Of a DNA stretch of 64,000 nucleotides, positions 44,099-58,342 are shown piece by piece. Positions within the stretch are counted from its first letter, which is position 1. Every line of letters starts with the position of its first letter. Below the pieces are notes generated by a model. It did no database searches and was not told where the DNA came from. It saw only the letters and a program-made list of their open reading frames with translations. Source of the stretch: Octopus sinensis (taxonomy: Eukaryota); assembly GCF_006345805.1 (NCBI RefSeq), contig NC_043009.1, positions 27,404,001 to 27,468,000 on the forward strand, in the 5' to 3' direction. Both the position numbers and the translations under genes were made by a program.

Positions 44099-44595
44099 AG
44101 GCGCTGAAGTGACTGTGTGGTAAGTAGCTTGCTTACCAACCATATAGTTACAGGTTCAGTCCCACTGCATGGCAACTTGGGCAAGTGTCTTCTACTATAG
44201 CCACAAGCTGACCAAAGCCTTGTGAGTGAATCCTGTCGTATGTATATATATATATCTATAAAATAATATGTGACAATCATTCGGTAGTCAAGATAAAACT
44301 CTGAGTTTTGGATGCCAAGGTGGAAATCCACACCACCATCTCTTCGGTTATCTGGCCATCTCTCTATTTACATAATATTGAGGTCTCTTTCTTTCTTTTG
44401 TTATCTTACCATTTTTACCAATATATATAAGTATATGTTTGTGTGTCTGTGTTTGTCCCCCACCTCCACCATCGCTTGACAATCGATGTTGGTGTGTTTA
44501 CATCCCTGCAATAAGTACTAGCCATACAAAGAACAAGTTCTAGGGTTGATTTGTTTGACTAAAGGCATTGCTCCAGCCAAATGACGGAAACAAAT
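44099..44595 (+). mobile_element. Family-B SINE interrupted by a hammerhead-bearing repeat (about 44265-44420)
   Basis: Head at 44099-44260 and tail at 44430-44595 flank an unrelated insert. Confidence 0.7.
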
Positions 44596-44651
44596 AAAAC
44601 TATATATAATAATATATGTGTGTGGGTGCGTGTGTATGCATGTATGATAAG

Positions 44652-45060
44652 ATATGGTTGTGTGGTAAGAAGCTTGCTTCCCAACCACATGATTCTGAGT
44701 TCAGTCCAACTGTGTGGCACATTGGGCAAGTGGCACCTAATATAGCCTCGGGCTGACCAAAGACTTGTCAGCAGATTTGGAAGACTGAAACTGAAGAAGC
44801 CCATCGAATATATTTATGTATGTGTGTGTGTGTGTGCAGTGCATGTGTATTTGTTTCCAAGTTTGTTTTCCCTACCACTTGGCATCTAATGCTGGTCTTT
44901 TTACATCCCTGTAACTTAGTGGTTTGGCAAAAGGTACTAATAGAATAAGCAACAGGTTAAAACGATGTATATAAGTACTGGGGTCGATTCATTTGACTAA
45001 AAATTCTTCTAGATGGTACCCTAATATGGCCACAGTCTAATGACTGAAACTAATAAAAGA
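44652..45060 (+). mobile_element. Family-B SINE
   Basis: Head, body and tail similarity to other copies. Confidence 0.75.
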
Positions 45061-45948
45061 CAAATATATATACATTTATAAACATTATATATATATATAT
45101 ATATATATATATACTATATATATATATATATACGGAGACGTGGTAGATGTACAGTATTATCAGATGCTCAGGGAAGGAAAGAAATTTGGTTTAACATTTT
45201 GAGCAGATGCTCTTCTTCAGTAACAGAGGAAAGTCCAATTGAAAAGAAGACGGAGGAAGAAAATCGCCAACGATTCACATGTAGTTACATATATACATAA
45301 TGGAAGTTCTGTTGAAGTGTTGTAAATTTTATGGGGATTTCCATTATTTTCGATAAACTCTTTTGTTGTAGATATAAAATAAGATTTTGCTGTACATTAA
45401 TCCATATAATCCCAGATGAAGCTTGCATAACTAAGTTACAGAAATAGTTTAGGAACTGGTACAAAGTAGGTAGGTGGAATTATAGACAGTATATCATAGA
45501 TAATTATTCTTGCAGGAATGTTTTTGTGCTTGTTGCTAGATCTTATTTATAAACCTGGTTAATTTCAAATATTTCAAATAAGATTACAAGCTTGTTAGCT
45601 AAAAAATCTTTGAATGTTAACATATATATATATATAATTATATATATATAATAGATATATATATAATATATATATATTTATATATGTTATACTGTGTGAT
45701 GTTGTGTGTGTTCATATCCTGATGATGAGGCTGAGATCTCTGGAAACATTGATAAAAAAATATTTTGAGAAATTTATTGCTCAAAACCTACAAGAGTCTG
45801 ATAAGCAGATAGAGAGTACCCCAAATAAAATGGATAAAACTGGAACACGGACACATTTTCAGTATATCATGTCTAAAAGAAAAACTATTTCTCATACATA
45901 CATTTACACATATATACATATATATACATACATGTATACATTCATACT

Positions 45949-46000
<52 letters not shown>

Positions 46001-46289
46001 CCTATTGTTTCAGTCATTTGACTGCGGCCATGCTGGAACACCATCTTTTTAGTCGAACAAATTGATCCCAGGACTTATTCTTTGTAAGCCCAGTACTTAT
46101 TCTATTGGTCTTTTTTACTGAACTGCTAAGTTATGGGGGATGTAAACACACTAACATCGCTTGTTGAGTGATGATGGTGGACTAACACAGACACACCAAC
46201 ATATACATATATATATATTTATAAACAGTATATATATATTAATTTACATATACATACACATATGTATACATTTTTGTATGTGATGTGTA

Positions 46290-46347
<58 letters not shown>

Positions 46348-46541
46348 GCATGTCTGCTTGTATAAGTACCTATGCATATATGCATATTAATACATGTATG
46401 AGCATATTGAAAAATACACACACCTATACACAAATATATCATACTGTTTCTCAATTTGCCAACAAATTTTATAGAAACTTAGTAATTTTGTATTGAATGG
46501 TTGTTTCAGGTACAAAGCAACTTGATTGCCTTCTTAATATT

Positions 46542-46942
46542 CTTTTATACTGTAGGCACAAGTCCTGAAATTGTTTGGCAGGGGAGGCCAGTCGATTAAT
46601 CGACCCCAGTATGCAACTGGTACTTAATTTATCGATCCTGAAAGGATGAAAAGCAAAGTCAACCTCAGCGGAATTTGAACTCAGAACACAAAGACAGACG
46701 AAATACCTATTTCTTTACTACCCACAAGGGGCTAAACAGAGAGAGGACAAACAAGGACAGACAAACGGATTAAGTCGATAATATCAACCCCAGTGCGTAA
46801 CTGGTACTTATTTAATCGACCCCGAAAGGCTGAAAGGCAAAGTCGACCTCGGTGGAATTTGAACTCAGAACGTAGCGGCAGACGAAATACCGCTAAGCAT
46901 TTCCCCTGGCATGCTAATGATTCTTCCAGCTCACCGCCTTTC
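46542..46942 (-). mobile_element. Dimeric family-A SINE with a 16-bp target-site duplication
   Basis: ttgccttcttaatatt occurs at 46526-46541 and 46943-46958. Same two-tail architecture as 6321-6762. Confidence 0.9.
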
Positions 46943-47604
46943 TTGCCTTCTTAATATTAACCAACAACATTTGATAAGTCATACCTACAGCACATGAGCT
47001 TTTATAGCAGCAAAATGTTGTCAGAAGTTTTCCTACCATGCTCCATAGCAAACTATAGTTTTGCTAAAATACCCATTATATAAGATATCTAAGAGATGAT
47101 CAAATATTCTTTAAATGGACAGAATGTCGAAAACATTTGTACAGAATAAGAAAAAGTAGGGTGGATAAAAATCCAAAGACAATAATATAAAATACACTTG
47201 CAATCATAGAGTCTATGTAGTCCAAGAAAATATATGTATTTATCTTCATTTTTGTTGAATTGCTATCTGCAGATATGATTGCTGGTTGCTGGTTGTCATA
47301 TAGGTAGATTTCAAGGTATGATTGAAACTTGATCAAGTATTAAATAAGATTAATGCATCTTTTTTCCCCCTATGGTATATGTGACTGCTTTGTAACAGTG
47401 AAATCATATAATCTCTACTATAACAGAGTCTCATCTATTGATTATTATTTTTCTAGATTATTAAGTTTAGTACTTTCTGTTGAGGCATGTAGCCATATTA
47501 CAAAGTATGCTTAAATGTTGCTCTTGTTTTGTTTAATGTGTAAACTTCTCGAGGACAAAACATACAGTGACTACATCCAACTTTCATGATTTATATCATT
47601 TGAT

Positions 47605-47785
47605 ATACATCATCATCATCATCATTTAATTTCCATTGCCCATGCTGGCATGGGTTGAACGGTTTGATCAGGCTGGTACACTTGAAGTCCACACCAGACT
47701 CCAGTCTGAATTGGCATGGTTTTCTATGGCTGGATGCCCTTCCTAATGCCAACCACTCTGAGAGTGTAATGGGTGCTTTTAGATG
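47605..47785 (-). mobile_element. RTE-type 3' end with (GAT)n tail
   Basis: Reverse complement matches the 13690 family. Confidence 0.75.
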
Positions 47786-48438
47786 ATCCTGAATTTTTAT
47801 ATCTGAGTTCAAATCCCACCGAGGTCAACTTTAGCTTCTATCCCTCTTGGTGGGGTGGGGTCAATACAAGAAAGTATTGGTCAAATACTAGGATTAATAG
47901 CATCATCCTAAACCATCTCCCCACAAAATTGCTGTCTTTGAGTCTAAATCACAAATTATCATTTAAGAATGGTAAATTGACAGAATTATTTGAGTGTTGG
48001 GAAAAATGACTTGTGACACTTGTCTGGGCTCTTGATGTTCTGGGTTCAAATTCTGATGGAGTCAACCTTGTGTTTTATATTATCACATTTCATTATTTAC
48101 CAGTCATATACTGATATCAATGATATTGACTCACACCCACTTCCACAAATTTGCTGACATTATGCCATACATATGTCCATAATAACCACTTCCTTTTGAC
48201 AGATGATGGTTATCCCAGTTAATCTACATCATTTTGATAATCCCTACTATGCCTGTTTGCTCTGAGATGACCCTTAAGACTAGAAGTTGACCTGATGTGA
48301 CAGATAAAATTAAAAACTTCTACAGGTCAGTATGGCTTACTTGTATATATTAATATCTGTCTATCTATCTGTCTGTCCGTCTGCCTGTCTTTCTGCCTGT
48401 CTGCCTATCTGCCTGTCTTTCTACCTGTCTGCCTGTCT

Positions 48439-48503
<65 letters not shown>

Positions 48504-48575
48504 GCTTATATATCTATCTATCAATTTATCTATCTGTCTGTTTATCTGTCTATTATTTATCTATATATCTATATA

Positions 48576-49456
48576 CAGGGTGTGATGGGTAAATTGTTGC
48601 CATTTTATGTTTTTAATTTCACACATGTGCATTGTTTGCTTTTGATCATGTTGACTACACAGTATAGTAGGGTCAGTTGGGTACCATCTGTGAGAAAAAC
48701 AGCACCATGATGCAATTCACTCTGTGAGAAATTTGGAAATTACATGCTGTACTGCTTGGCATTTGTACCAGAAGCTCCAATATGAACATTTCAGAGTGTT
48801 TGGGTGTCTATCTCAGGAGAGTACAATCTGAAGACATGTACTGAGTGTGATAAAAATCAAACATCCAGTTAACGTCATGGTATTTGGAGTGATTGCTAGT
48901 GATGGTGACGTTATGTCTCCATTCGTCTTCCCACTTTGGCCTCAGACATGGAGGTCTACATCAAATGCCTGGAGGAGGTAGTGTTGCTCTGGGTGAAGAG
49001 GGTGGCTGTTGGAAGACCCTATGTCTGGCAACAGAATTCTGCACCATGCCACGCAAGCAAGAGAATCCAGTTATGGCTAGTAGACTATTTCTGTGACCAC
49101 ATCCCCCCTAACATCTGGCCACCTAACTTTCCAAACTGCAGCCCTTTTGATTATTGTGTGGGACACAGTTGAGTGAGAGACCAACAAAACTCCTTGTAAC
49201 ACCAAAGATGAACTGAAGATAAGGATTATGGCAGCATTCACCATCTTAAACAAGGAGAAGGTCCAGAAGAGTTGCAGGAGATTCTGAAGTCATCTGGCGG
49301 CTATGGTTGAGGCCCATGGCGATTTTATTGAATAAATTTGCTCTTTAGTATTTCAAGATATTCTTTTGTAATTTTGGTAAATATATCTGTTAAAATGAGA
49401 TCTAGGTGTTATTTTCATTTTTGCATAATTTAGATGACAGTTTATTCACTGCACCC

Positions 49457-49460
<4 letters not shown>
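48576..49460 (+). mobile_element. Internally deleted Tc1/mariner superfamily transposon, DD37D (maT) type
   Basis: Broken frames give KHPVNVMVFGVIASDG...YIKCLEEVVLLW...WQQNSAPCHASK...WPPNFPNCSPFDY...TKDELK..I. There are 37 residues between the second catalytic position (here N) and the third D. Degenerate agggtg TIRs sit in TA context. Confidence 0.85.
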
Positions 49461-49510
<50 letters not shown>

Positions 49511-50575
49511 CATAAGTTCACATACAGGCACATATATATACACACACATACACACATGCACACACACACACACACGCACACACACAATATGCACATATGT
49601 ATAATACAATACTAGTTTTAACAGTATACACACTCCTGGTCTATCTCCCATCCGTCTGTTCTATTGATATTTTCAAAAAAGATGTAATTAAGTTAGTAAG
49701 GAAAGAATATGCCTATCAGAAATAATTAATTCTGTGAAATGCTGCAATTTCACTGAGGAAATGAGGAATCGAAAAACACAAGGAAATGCAATTATAAGTT
49801 AAACTTGATTCTAGTTCCTTAGCTCAAAGACCATCACAGAGAACTACAGAAGTCTGTGAAATAATGCAGACCGGTGTTCTGGTATTTTGGTAAAATGTGT
49901 TGATGGTTAATTATATTTGGTGCCGATGTGGCTGTGTGGTTAGAAGTTTGCTTCCTGATCCCATGGCTCTGGGTTCAATCTCACTGTGTGGTACCTCAAG
50001 CAAGCATTTTCTAATACATTTCCAGTTTGAACAATGTCTTATGTGTATATATATATAGTAGACAGAAACTGATAGAAGCCTGTCATATGTGTGTGTGTGA
50101 GTGTGTGTATGTATGTACGTGTGTGAGTATTTGTGTGTATGTACATATATTTATATATATATATATATATCGATTCTTCCCTGTGTTAGCATGTACCTCC
50201 TTGCGACAATATAAACTTTCATTTAATCAAGATACCCTTGGCCTGAAGAGTAGCCAGTGGTATACACCTCACTTGGATATTTACCAATTCCAAGGTTCCA
50301 CCAACTAAGAAACATGTGCAGCCTGGATCTTATCTGCTCCACTCCTTAATTCTTGTATCCTTATTCACATACCCAGCAACCCTAATTGTCTACCATGATA
50401 TATAAAGAACTTTTTCAATATTTTTTTTATTATACTTCGATAAGAAAGAACTTCAAAAGCTTCCATCTCAATAAACTACTATTGTCCCTGAAAGTTGTTT
50501 CTTATATTTACTATAAATTGCTTGAATCTAACCTTCTTCCTACACTTCGATCCTTGAATCTTATATTTATATATA

Positions 50576-50809
50576 CAGGGTGGCCCCAAATTAGGTTTAC
50601 AGTTATCATGCAGGCACTTCAAATTTCTTTTAAAACATTTTATTACATTTAAATTTCTACCTTACAAACTGAACAGAGAGCTTGACAAAATTAACTAAAT
50701 TAGCATAGAATAATGGTTTCGTAATTTTTATAATTAAGATCTAAACTGCTAATATATGAATGCAAAAGAGACAGTTGAATAACTGTAAACCTACTTTGGG
50801 GCCACCCTG
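50576..50809. mobile_element. 234-bp MITE with 29-bp TIRs and TA target duplication
   Basis: cagggtggccccaaa(t/g)taggtttacagtta at both ends in inverted orientation, flanked by TA. Confidence 0.92.
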
Positions 50810-53800
50810 TATACATACATATATGTATATATATCTATATAGCTATATCTCATATACACAAACACACACTCATGTATGTGCAAGTGTGAGTGTATGTGCA
50901 TAAGTGTGTGTTTCTGTCTCCTTGTCTTCATATTGCATGATGGTTGTAAATGATTGTCCCTGTCATACAAGCAGTGTTGTTCGTTTCCATTATCCTGCAA
51001 AGAAATGTTTCTCCCATGCTTGACCGTGGGGAAATATTACTTTGCTTGGAAACAGGTGATGATTAGTAACCAGAAGGGCATCCAGCCATAGAAGATCTGT
51101 TTCAAAAAACTCTGTCTGACCCATGCAAGCATTGGAAAGATGGACGTTAAAACAATGAATGGTGAATGAGTTATAACAAGGAGGATTACGTTAAAAATTG
51201 AATGGCATTTCCTTGTAGCCACAATGATTACTGTCCAGTGGCAAATAATGATAGTCTCTTCTCATTTCCTAATGGTGCATTACTTTATTTGCAATCTATG
51301 TGTATTGATTGAAAAATGTCTGACTGTGAAGAGCAAAATCTCTGTTGGGAATTCAGGAGACTCCTGAATTTACAACAGCGACATGAAGTAATTGTAATTT
51401 GGACATTAATATTTGAGGAATGCAACCTGAACTAGTATCACAATAAAATGTACTCAATATATGTAATAAGGTGATTTACAAATGAACTGATATAACAGGG
51501 GTTAAGAGAACTGTTTGGTCTTGTCGAGGACATGACTACTCACTGATGCTGGTGCCATGATAATGCACCCTGTAACTACTCTTGGTAAACTGGTTTGTGA
51601 TAGGAAGGGCGTGCAGCTGTAGAAAGCAAACCAAAAATGAAATATTGAAGCAAGATGTTGTCCTCTGATCCATCCTTCTAGGAAGGCAGCAGGTCTGAAT
51701 AAGAAGGGACTTGGACTGTAATGACATGCCCAACCCATGGAAAATAGATGTAAAATGATGAATATGATGACAACACCACCACCAACAACAACGATGATGG
51801 TGATGATGCCCTAAGGTCACAACCATACTGACAGACTGACAGCTTGTCATGATGATGATGATGATATGATGACGATGATGATGATGGCGATAATAATAAT
51901 GATGATGCCACCACCCCTGCTGATGACAACAGCGGTGACGATGATGGCAGTAACAACGATGATAACAACATTGATGCAGATGATGATGATGACAATGATA
52001 GCGATAACATACATACATATATACATGCATACATATAATTTGGGTCCCCCTTTACAAATTGCCAAAGGACAAAAGCAAACACCACTGTCCAATGGGAAGC
52101 AAATAATTGGAAAGAGAAAAGAGGAGGCTGGGATTCTCATAGCAGCTGATAAACACATTGAGAGTGATTTAGATTGAAGATGTTTGTATTGTTATATATT
52201 CATTCACCACTTGCTTAACAATATAGTGTCCTGTCAAAAGTATCCAACTCCAAGACTAATATTGTAGGATTTAATACCAGGCTTTAAGCTGAAAAGTCAG
52301 CCACTAGTTATAAGTTGAAATTGCTGTTTCTCATTCTGAAACTAAAGTACCAAATCAGGGGTTTTGTATAAATGAATGCAATTATTGAGAAAATTGTAAT
52401 GTTAACCTATATGGTCGTTACTTATAATGTTATTATTGGATGCAGTTATTTATAGTGGAAGCTCTCTAAATTGCCTTAGGTTTAATATCATCACATCAAT
52501 GGCAAACGAGTAAAATAGACTATGGAGCTATTATTGCGAGTATTAAAGAAAAAGTAGAGATATATATAGAGAGAGAAAGCAGAGAGAAGGAAAGGAAAGA
52601 AAGTGAGAGAGGGGGAGTAAGAGAGGCAAATTGATGTAGAGAAGTGTGGAACTGCACAAAATAAAAGAAGCTTGGGAAGGTATAATTTAAAACAAACACA
52701 ACAAATAAAAGCCAACAAAATTACAACATTGAATTTTGAAACAATTCCATGTAAATTAAGAAAAATAAATAAAAAAAAATGAAAAAAAAAAAGAATTATT
52801 TTAGAATAATGATAAAAAGAAATATAAAATAAAGATTTAAAATATTAATAAAAAATGATATTATTAAAACGAAAAAGAAAAAGGAAAAGAAAAAAATGCA
52901 GGAAGTTAAAATAGAAGATATGATAAATATATTTGATGGAAAAATAAAAGGTTAAAAAAAATAAAAAAAAAAGAAGAAGAAAATTATAGACATTGAATCA
53001 GAAGTGAAATGCTATGGTTTAACCAGATTATTATATTCCATGCTGCGGACATGCTGCTTAAGACTTTTCTGTAAACAAACATGCAAACATTGAAATATAG
53101 AGATAAATAAATAACAAATAAATAAATAGGAAACAACATATTGTTTGAAACATAAACATGCTGCAATGAAAAATAAATAGAAAAATAACGAGAGAAAATA
53201 ACGAGAGGAAAATCATTGAAGTCTCTTCACAGAGTTATTATTATCATGTTTGTTTTTATTATTATTTTTTTTCTATATTCTATATTCAGGAAGGTATTTA
53301 TTTCAGATGAATTATGAGCTAAAATGTTATTTCAGCAGATCTGAGACTAAATGGTATTTTTTTAACAAATAAAAAAAATAGATAAAATGAAACTAAATAA
53401 ACAAAAACAACAAAAAAAAAAACGAAACAAAAAATAATTTGATGAGTTAATATTTTTTTCTTATTTTGTTTTTTTCTGGCAGTTATGTTGCATTATAATC
53501 TTGATATTTTAAAGAAATTATCAAGATCATTATAAAGAAAATTTCCGGACAATTCTTTTTTAATTCCAATGTGAATTTTGCAGAAAAGAAAGACAGCATC
53601 TTATTCTGTTATTGTTGTAACATCTAACTATTGTTAAACAACACATTAGCCAATATAGCATTTTGTTGCTGAAGAGGTTCTGTTCAACTACATTTGGAAA
53701 AAAAAAAAAGCTAATTTTCAGACCATTACAAAGCTGCCAAACAACATAAAACACACGATAAATAAATAACACTAATAAATAGGTCCAAGGAAAAGTAATA

Positions 53801-54699
53801 TTTTCTTTTGCTAAGACACAAATCTATTTGCGTAAAGAAGAAACTAAACCTAAGTTGAAATGACTTATTTAATAGAAACTGAAAGATGAAAGACAAAATA
53901 TACATTAACAGAAGTGGCATGTCAAACTAACGGACATATTTCTTTCTGGTTCTTTTAACACTTTTGTAAAGAGGTATTTTCCCCGAAATTTTGGAATTAA
54001 TTGTTTCGAAGCTGATACTTCAATATTTTTGTTATTATTATCATTGATATATATATAATGATATTATCATCATTGTTATAGATGATTTTCTAAATATTCT
54101 GCTATATTACAGTGATTCTGTATATATTTCAACATACTTGTTTTTCTATATCCAGCAAAACTCTATTCTTGCAATATTATATTATAATCTGATGATAATT
54201 TCTTGTTAAATCTAAATTTACATATTGAGAAACAAGGATCCAATTATGTTAGAGTTCTATTATGTATAGAAATAATCTGAAGTTTGTTTATAGTTATGAT
54301 AAGGCAGAAGAAGATTCAGTATAGTTTTCTATCTTGTGATAGTTAGTACCATACACTGAAATAAGGGTGGGTAAAATTAGTAAAACCATGAAAGCATTTA
54401 CATAGAATGAATTGAGATATCTACTCCTGGAATTTGAGTTCAAATACAGCTGAAGTGACCTTTACCTTTCATTCTATTAGGATTGATAAAGCTCAGTGCT
54501 GGCTCAGCCCTCTCACCCTCAATTACACATGAAATGGTTAAAAGTGGGGGAATAGAATGGACAATTACCATTATTCACAATTACCATTATTACCATTAGT
54601 AAAACATGCTACATACAAACAAGTGCTCCTTACTTACGAGTAATTGCAATGCAATACTCTTCTAGATGTCTTCGGTGAATTTTCTTTATAATAATTCTC

Positions 54700-55107
54700 T
54701 TTTACTCTTTCATTGGTTTCAGTCATTTGACTGTGGCCATGCTGGAGCACTGCCTTTAATCAAACAAATTGACTCCAGGACACATTCTTTGTAAGCCTAG
54801 TACTTATTTTACCAGTCTCTTTTGCTGAAACGCTAAGTTACGGGGACGTAAAACACACCAGCATTGGCTGTCAAGTGATGGTGGTGGGGGAACAAACACA
54901 GACACACAAACACACACACACACACACACATATATCTGCATATACGATGGGCTTCTTTCAGTTTCCCTCTACCAAATCCACGCACAAGGCCTTGGTCGGC
55001 CCGATGCTATAGTAGAAGACACTTGCCCAAGGTGCCACACAGTGGGACTGAACCTGGAACCATGTGATTGGAAAGCAAGCTACTTACCACACAGCCACTC
55101 CTATACC
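54700..55107 (-). mobile_element. Family-B SINE
   Basis: Colinear with 29702-30091. Confidence 0.88.
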
Positions 55108-55733
55108 TATGGAGTTCTGTTCATGATAATATTAAAATATCTGTAATATAATATAATTTGTTTCCAAAGCCAAGACTATACACTCAGGAATATAGATTAT
55201 GCCAGGTTAAAGTTGTATTATGTGTAGAAATGTTCCAAAGTTGTATGGGTTTATAGTTATATCAGAGAAGAGGGTTCAATGTAGGAGCACAGCCAGTGGA
55301 AACGATTACCACTAGATGTCACTAGTAGCAGTAGCACCATCCGAGATATCTAGCAGAAAGGTAATCCAATATGGTTCTCGCATGAACTTTGTAGATGATC
55401 AACAACAAATCAGGTCTGAAGTATTTATTGGCTATAAAGAGGAAACCAATTCTTTCTGGTGCCAAAACCAATATTTTGATTAGAAAACATCTCATATATC
55501 AATATCTCATTCTACTTGACTTCTAAGTATGTCTCGGTAATTCATACAGAAAACTACTCACACACACACACACACACACACACATAAGTACATATATATG
55601 CACATATATATATGTGTGTGTGTGTGTATATATATATATGAATATATAAATATTTATATCTATACACACACATATACACATATTCAAATATATATACATC
55701 CAATATATATGTATATGTGTATATATATATATG

Positions 55734-55783
<50 letters not shown>

Positions 55784-56918
55784 TTGTGTATAAATTTGCA
55801 TAAATATATATACATCCAATATATATGTATATGTATATATATGTATATATATGTATATTATATATATATATATATATGCATGTGTATAAATTTGCATAAA
55901 TATATATCCATGTTGTGTGTGTGTACATATACATATATGTATGTATATATATATATATATATATAACGGGAAGCTTTATGAAAATAAACAAAAGACGAAG
56001 GCAGGTGGAAAACAAACGAACAATTGTATTAGTATGGCGCTCAGGAAATATAAATAAAACAATATATATACCATACCCATATGCATATATATTTTTGCAT
56101 ATATGTGTATATATATATGTGTGTGTGTATGTGTGTATGTTTGCATGTATGTATATATTATGGATATATGTAGATAAATATATATGTATATATATATGTG
56201 TGTGTGTATATATATATAAGCATCATATGTTGCATATGAATACATTCACACACAAAAGTAATATATTCACACATCCAGTGGCTTTCATCAGATAATACCA
56301 CCAACTTGTGTACTGTAATAAAGTATAATATACTGAACATTTTAATACGATAAACTTGAATAATATTTCATAAGATAACCGCCTGATATAACTATATGAT
56401 ATATTTATAACATGTTATCAGACTAGACAGAAGCATATCCTGTGTTCTAAGAATCTAAAGCCGTCTTTCAAGTGCTCTATTAACAATGAGATTACATGTT
56501 ATTCTCAAAAAATGATTCAATCAATTTCGGATTTTTCTTGTAGTTTCTCAAATACTTTTCTTTAGAATGTGTGTGTTGCTTTATTCTTTTATTCCATAAT
56601 TCTTGTATTCTGTTAGATTCTAATTTGTGGTAGTCAGTGGTTTCTAGTTATGGTTATGTTGAGGTTTTTTGTGATGAAATTTGCCCCACTGTTCTAGTAC
56701 TTATTATATAAGGCAGGTGCTTCTTTTTTAACCTACCACCCACCCCACCTGCCTATTGTTTTGCTTTTACTGAGCTGCTAAGTTATGGGATGTAAATAAA
56801 CCAACAGCAGTTAGGAAGTGGTGAAATACAAACAAACATGAAGATTGCATGTACACTTGCTCATTCACACATGCACACACACACACACACACTCACACAC
56901 TCAAGCACATATACATAC

Positions 56919-56950
<32 letters not shown>

Positions 56951-57307
56951 GTGTAAATATACGCAATTATATACATACATACATACATACATACATACAT
57001 ACATACATACATACATACATACATACATACATACATACATACATACATACATACATACATACATACATACATACATACATACACACACACATACATATAT
57101 ATATAGACACACACACACATTTAAATGCAGTTAATTATACATCTGGTCATAGAGTGACCAAATTGTTTCACATTCAGAAAGGGCTTAGCCATTGGTCATG
57201 ATATGATCTGACATGTAATTAACTGCAATTAACTGCAATTAAATTCATTGTTCTATACTTTAGAGAGAGCTTCTTTTACGCATATATGATACACTGACAA
57301 TACACAC

Positions 57308-57384
<77 letters not shown>

Positions 57385-57386
<2 letters not shown>

Positions 57387-57596
57387 GGGTGGCCCCAAAG
57401 TAAGTTTACAGTTATTCAAATATCTCTTTTGCATTCATATATTAGCAGTTTAGATCTTAGTTGTAAAAATATATGAAAGCATTATTCTATGCTAATTCAG
57501 TTAATTGTAAGATAGAAATTTAATGTACTAAAAATGTTTTAAAAGAATCTTAAAGTGCTTACAGGATAACTGTAAACCTACTTTGGGGTCACTCTG
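57385..57596. mobile_element. Second copy of the same MITE, opposite orientation, with a 22-bp shorter interior
   Basis: Same TIRs. The interior matches the reverse complement of 50576-50809 apart from one deletion. Confidence 0.9.
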
Positions 57597-57606
57597 CACA
57601 CACACA

Positions 57607-57644
<38 letters not shown>

Positions 57645-58342
57645 TTATATATACACACACACAATAACAAATCCTTATCAATAAATGGTTTCTATCCTTA
57701 CTAAAATATATTATATGGCTCATGTTTATGATGGTCAAACCTATCCTCGCTTAGATAATATGTAATATGTTTTCCACATTACATAGGATGGTATGTGGGT
57801 CTAAATACCGAGTCAAAAATATCTGATAAACTATACTGCATCAAACCATATTACTCAAACATTATTATATATTATATATTATATATATATATATATATAA
57901 GAAGAAGTAAGGTGACAGTGATTTTGAAGTTTTGGCCTGCTAAGACTAAAACTTCATCACTTCTATAATAATAAATGCCAAAGCCAATTTCTGTGTGTCA
58001 GTATGTCACACTTTGACCCCCTCTCTCACTATTCCTCATGATGGGGTGAGAGTAATAGGAGGCATAGAGATGGTGAGGGTGGTAGTAGATTGAAAGTTGA
58101 GATGGTGATGGGGTGATAGTTGTGATAGAGGCAGAGGTATGGATGACCTAAGTTTACTTTTAATCTCCCCATTTTAATAAACACCAGGTAGATAGTTAAC
58201 TCGCTTTGTGATCATGAGTGCACCAAACCTGATGTGTGAGTATGCTCACGTTTTTGCAGATGCTAGTTTGAGCGAGTGTACTCGCTCCATGCAGTTTGCC
58301 TGAGGGCATTTATACATCCATATTTGTTAACGGTTTTTTTTA

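Noticed and set aside
45715-45754. CTGATGA...GAAA hammerhead-like spacing
   Set aside because: Stem I is plausible, but stem II does not pair and stem III is broken. Similar partial hits near 23880, 24635 and 45410 were also dropped.
52400-53900. A-rich/T-rich block resembling a 3' UTR
   Set aside because: Low-complexity composition only, with no linked coding exon or clear polyadenylation site.
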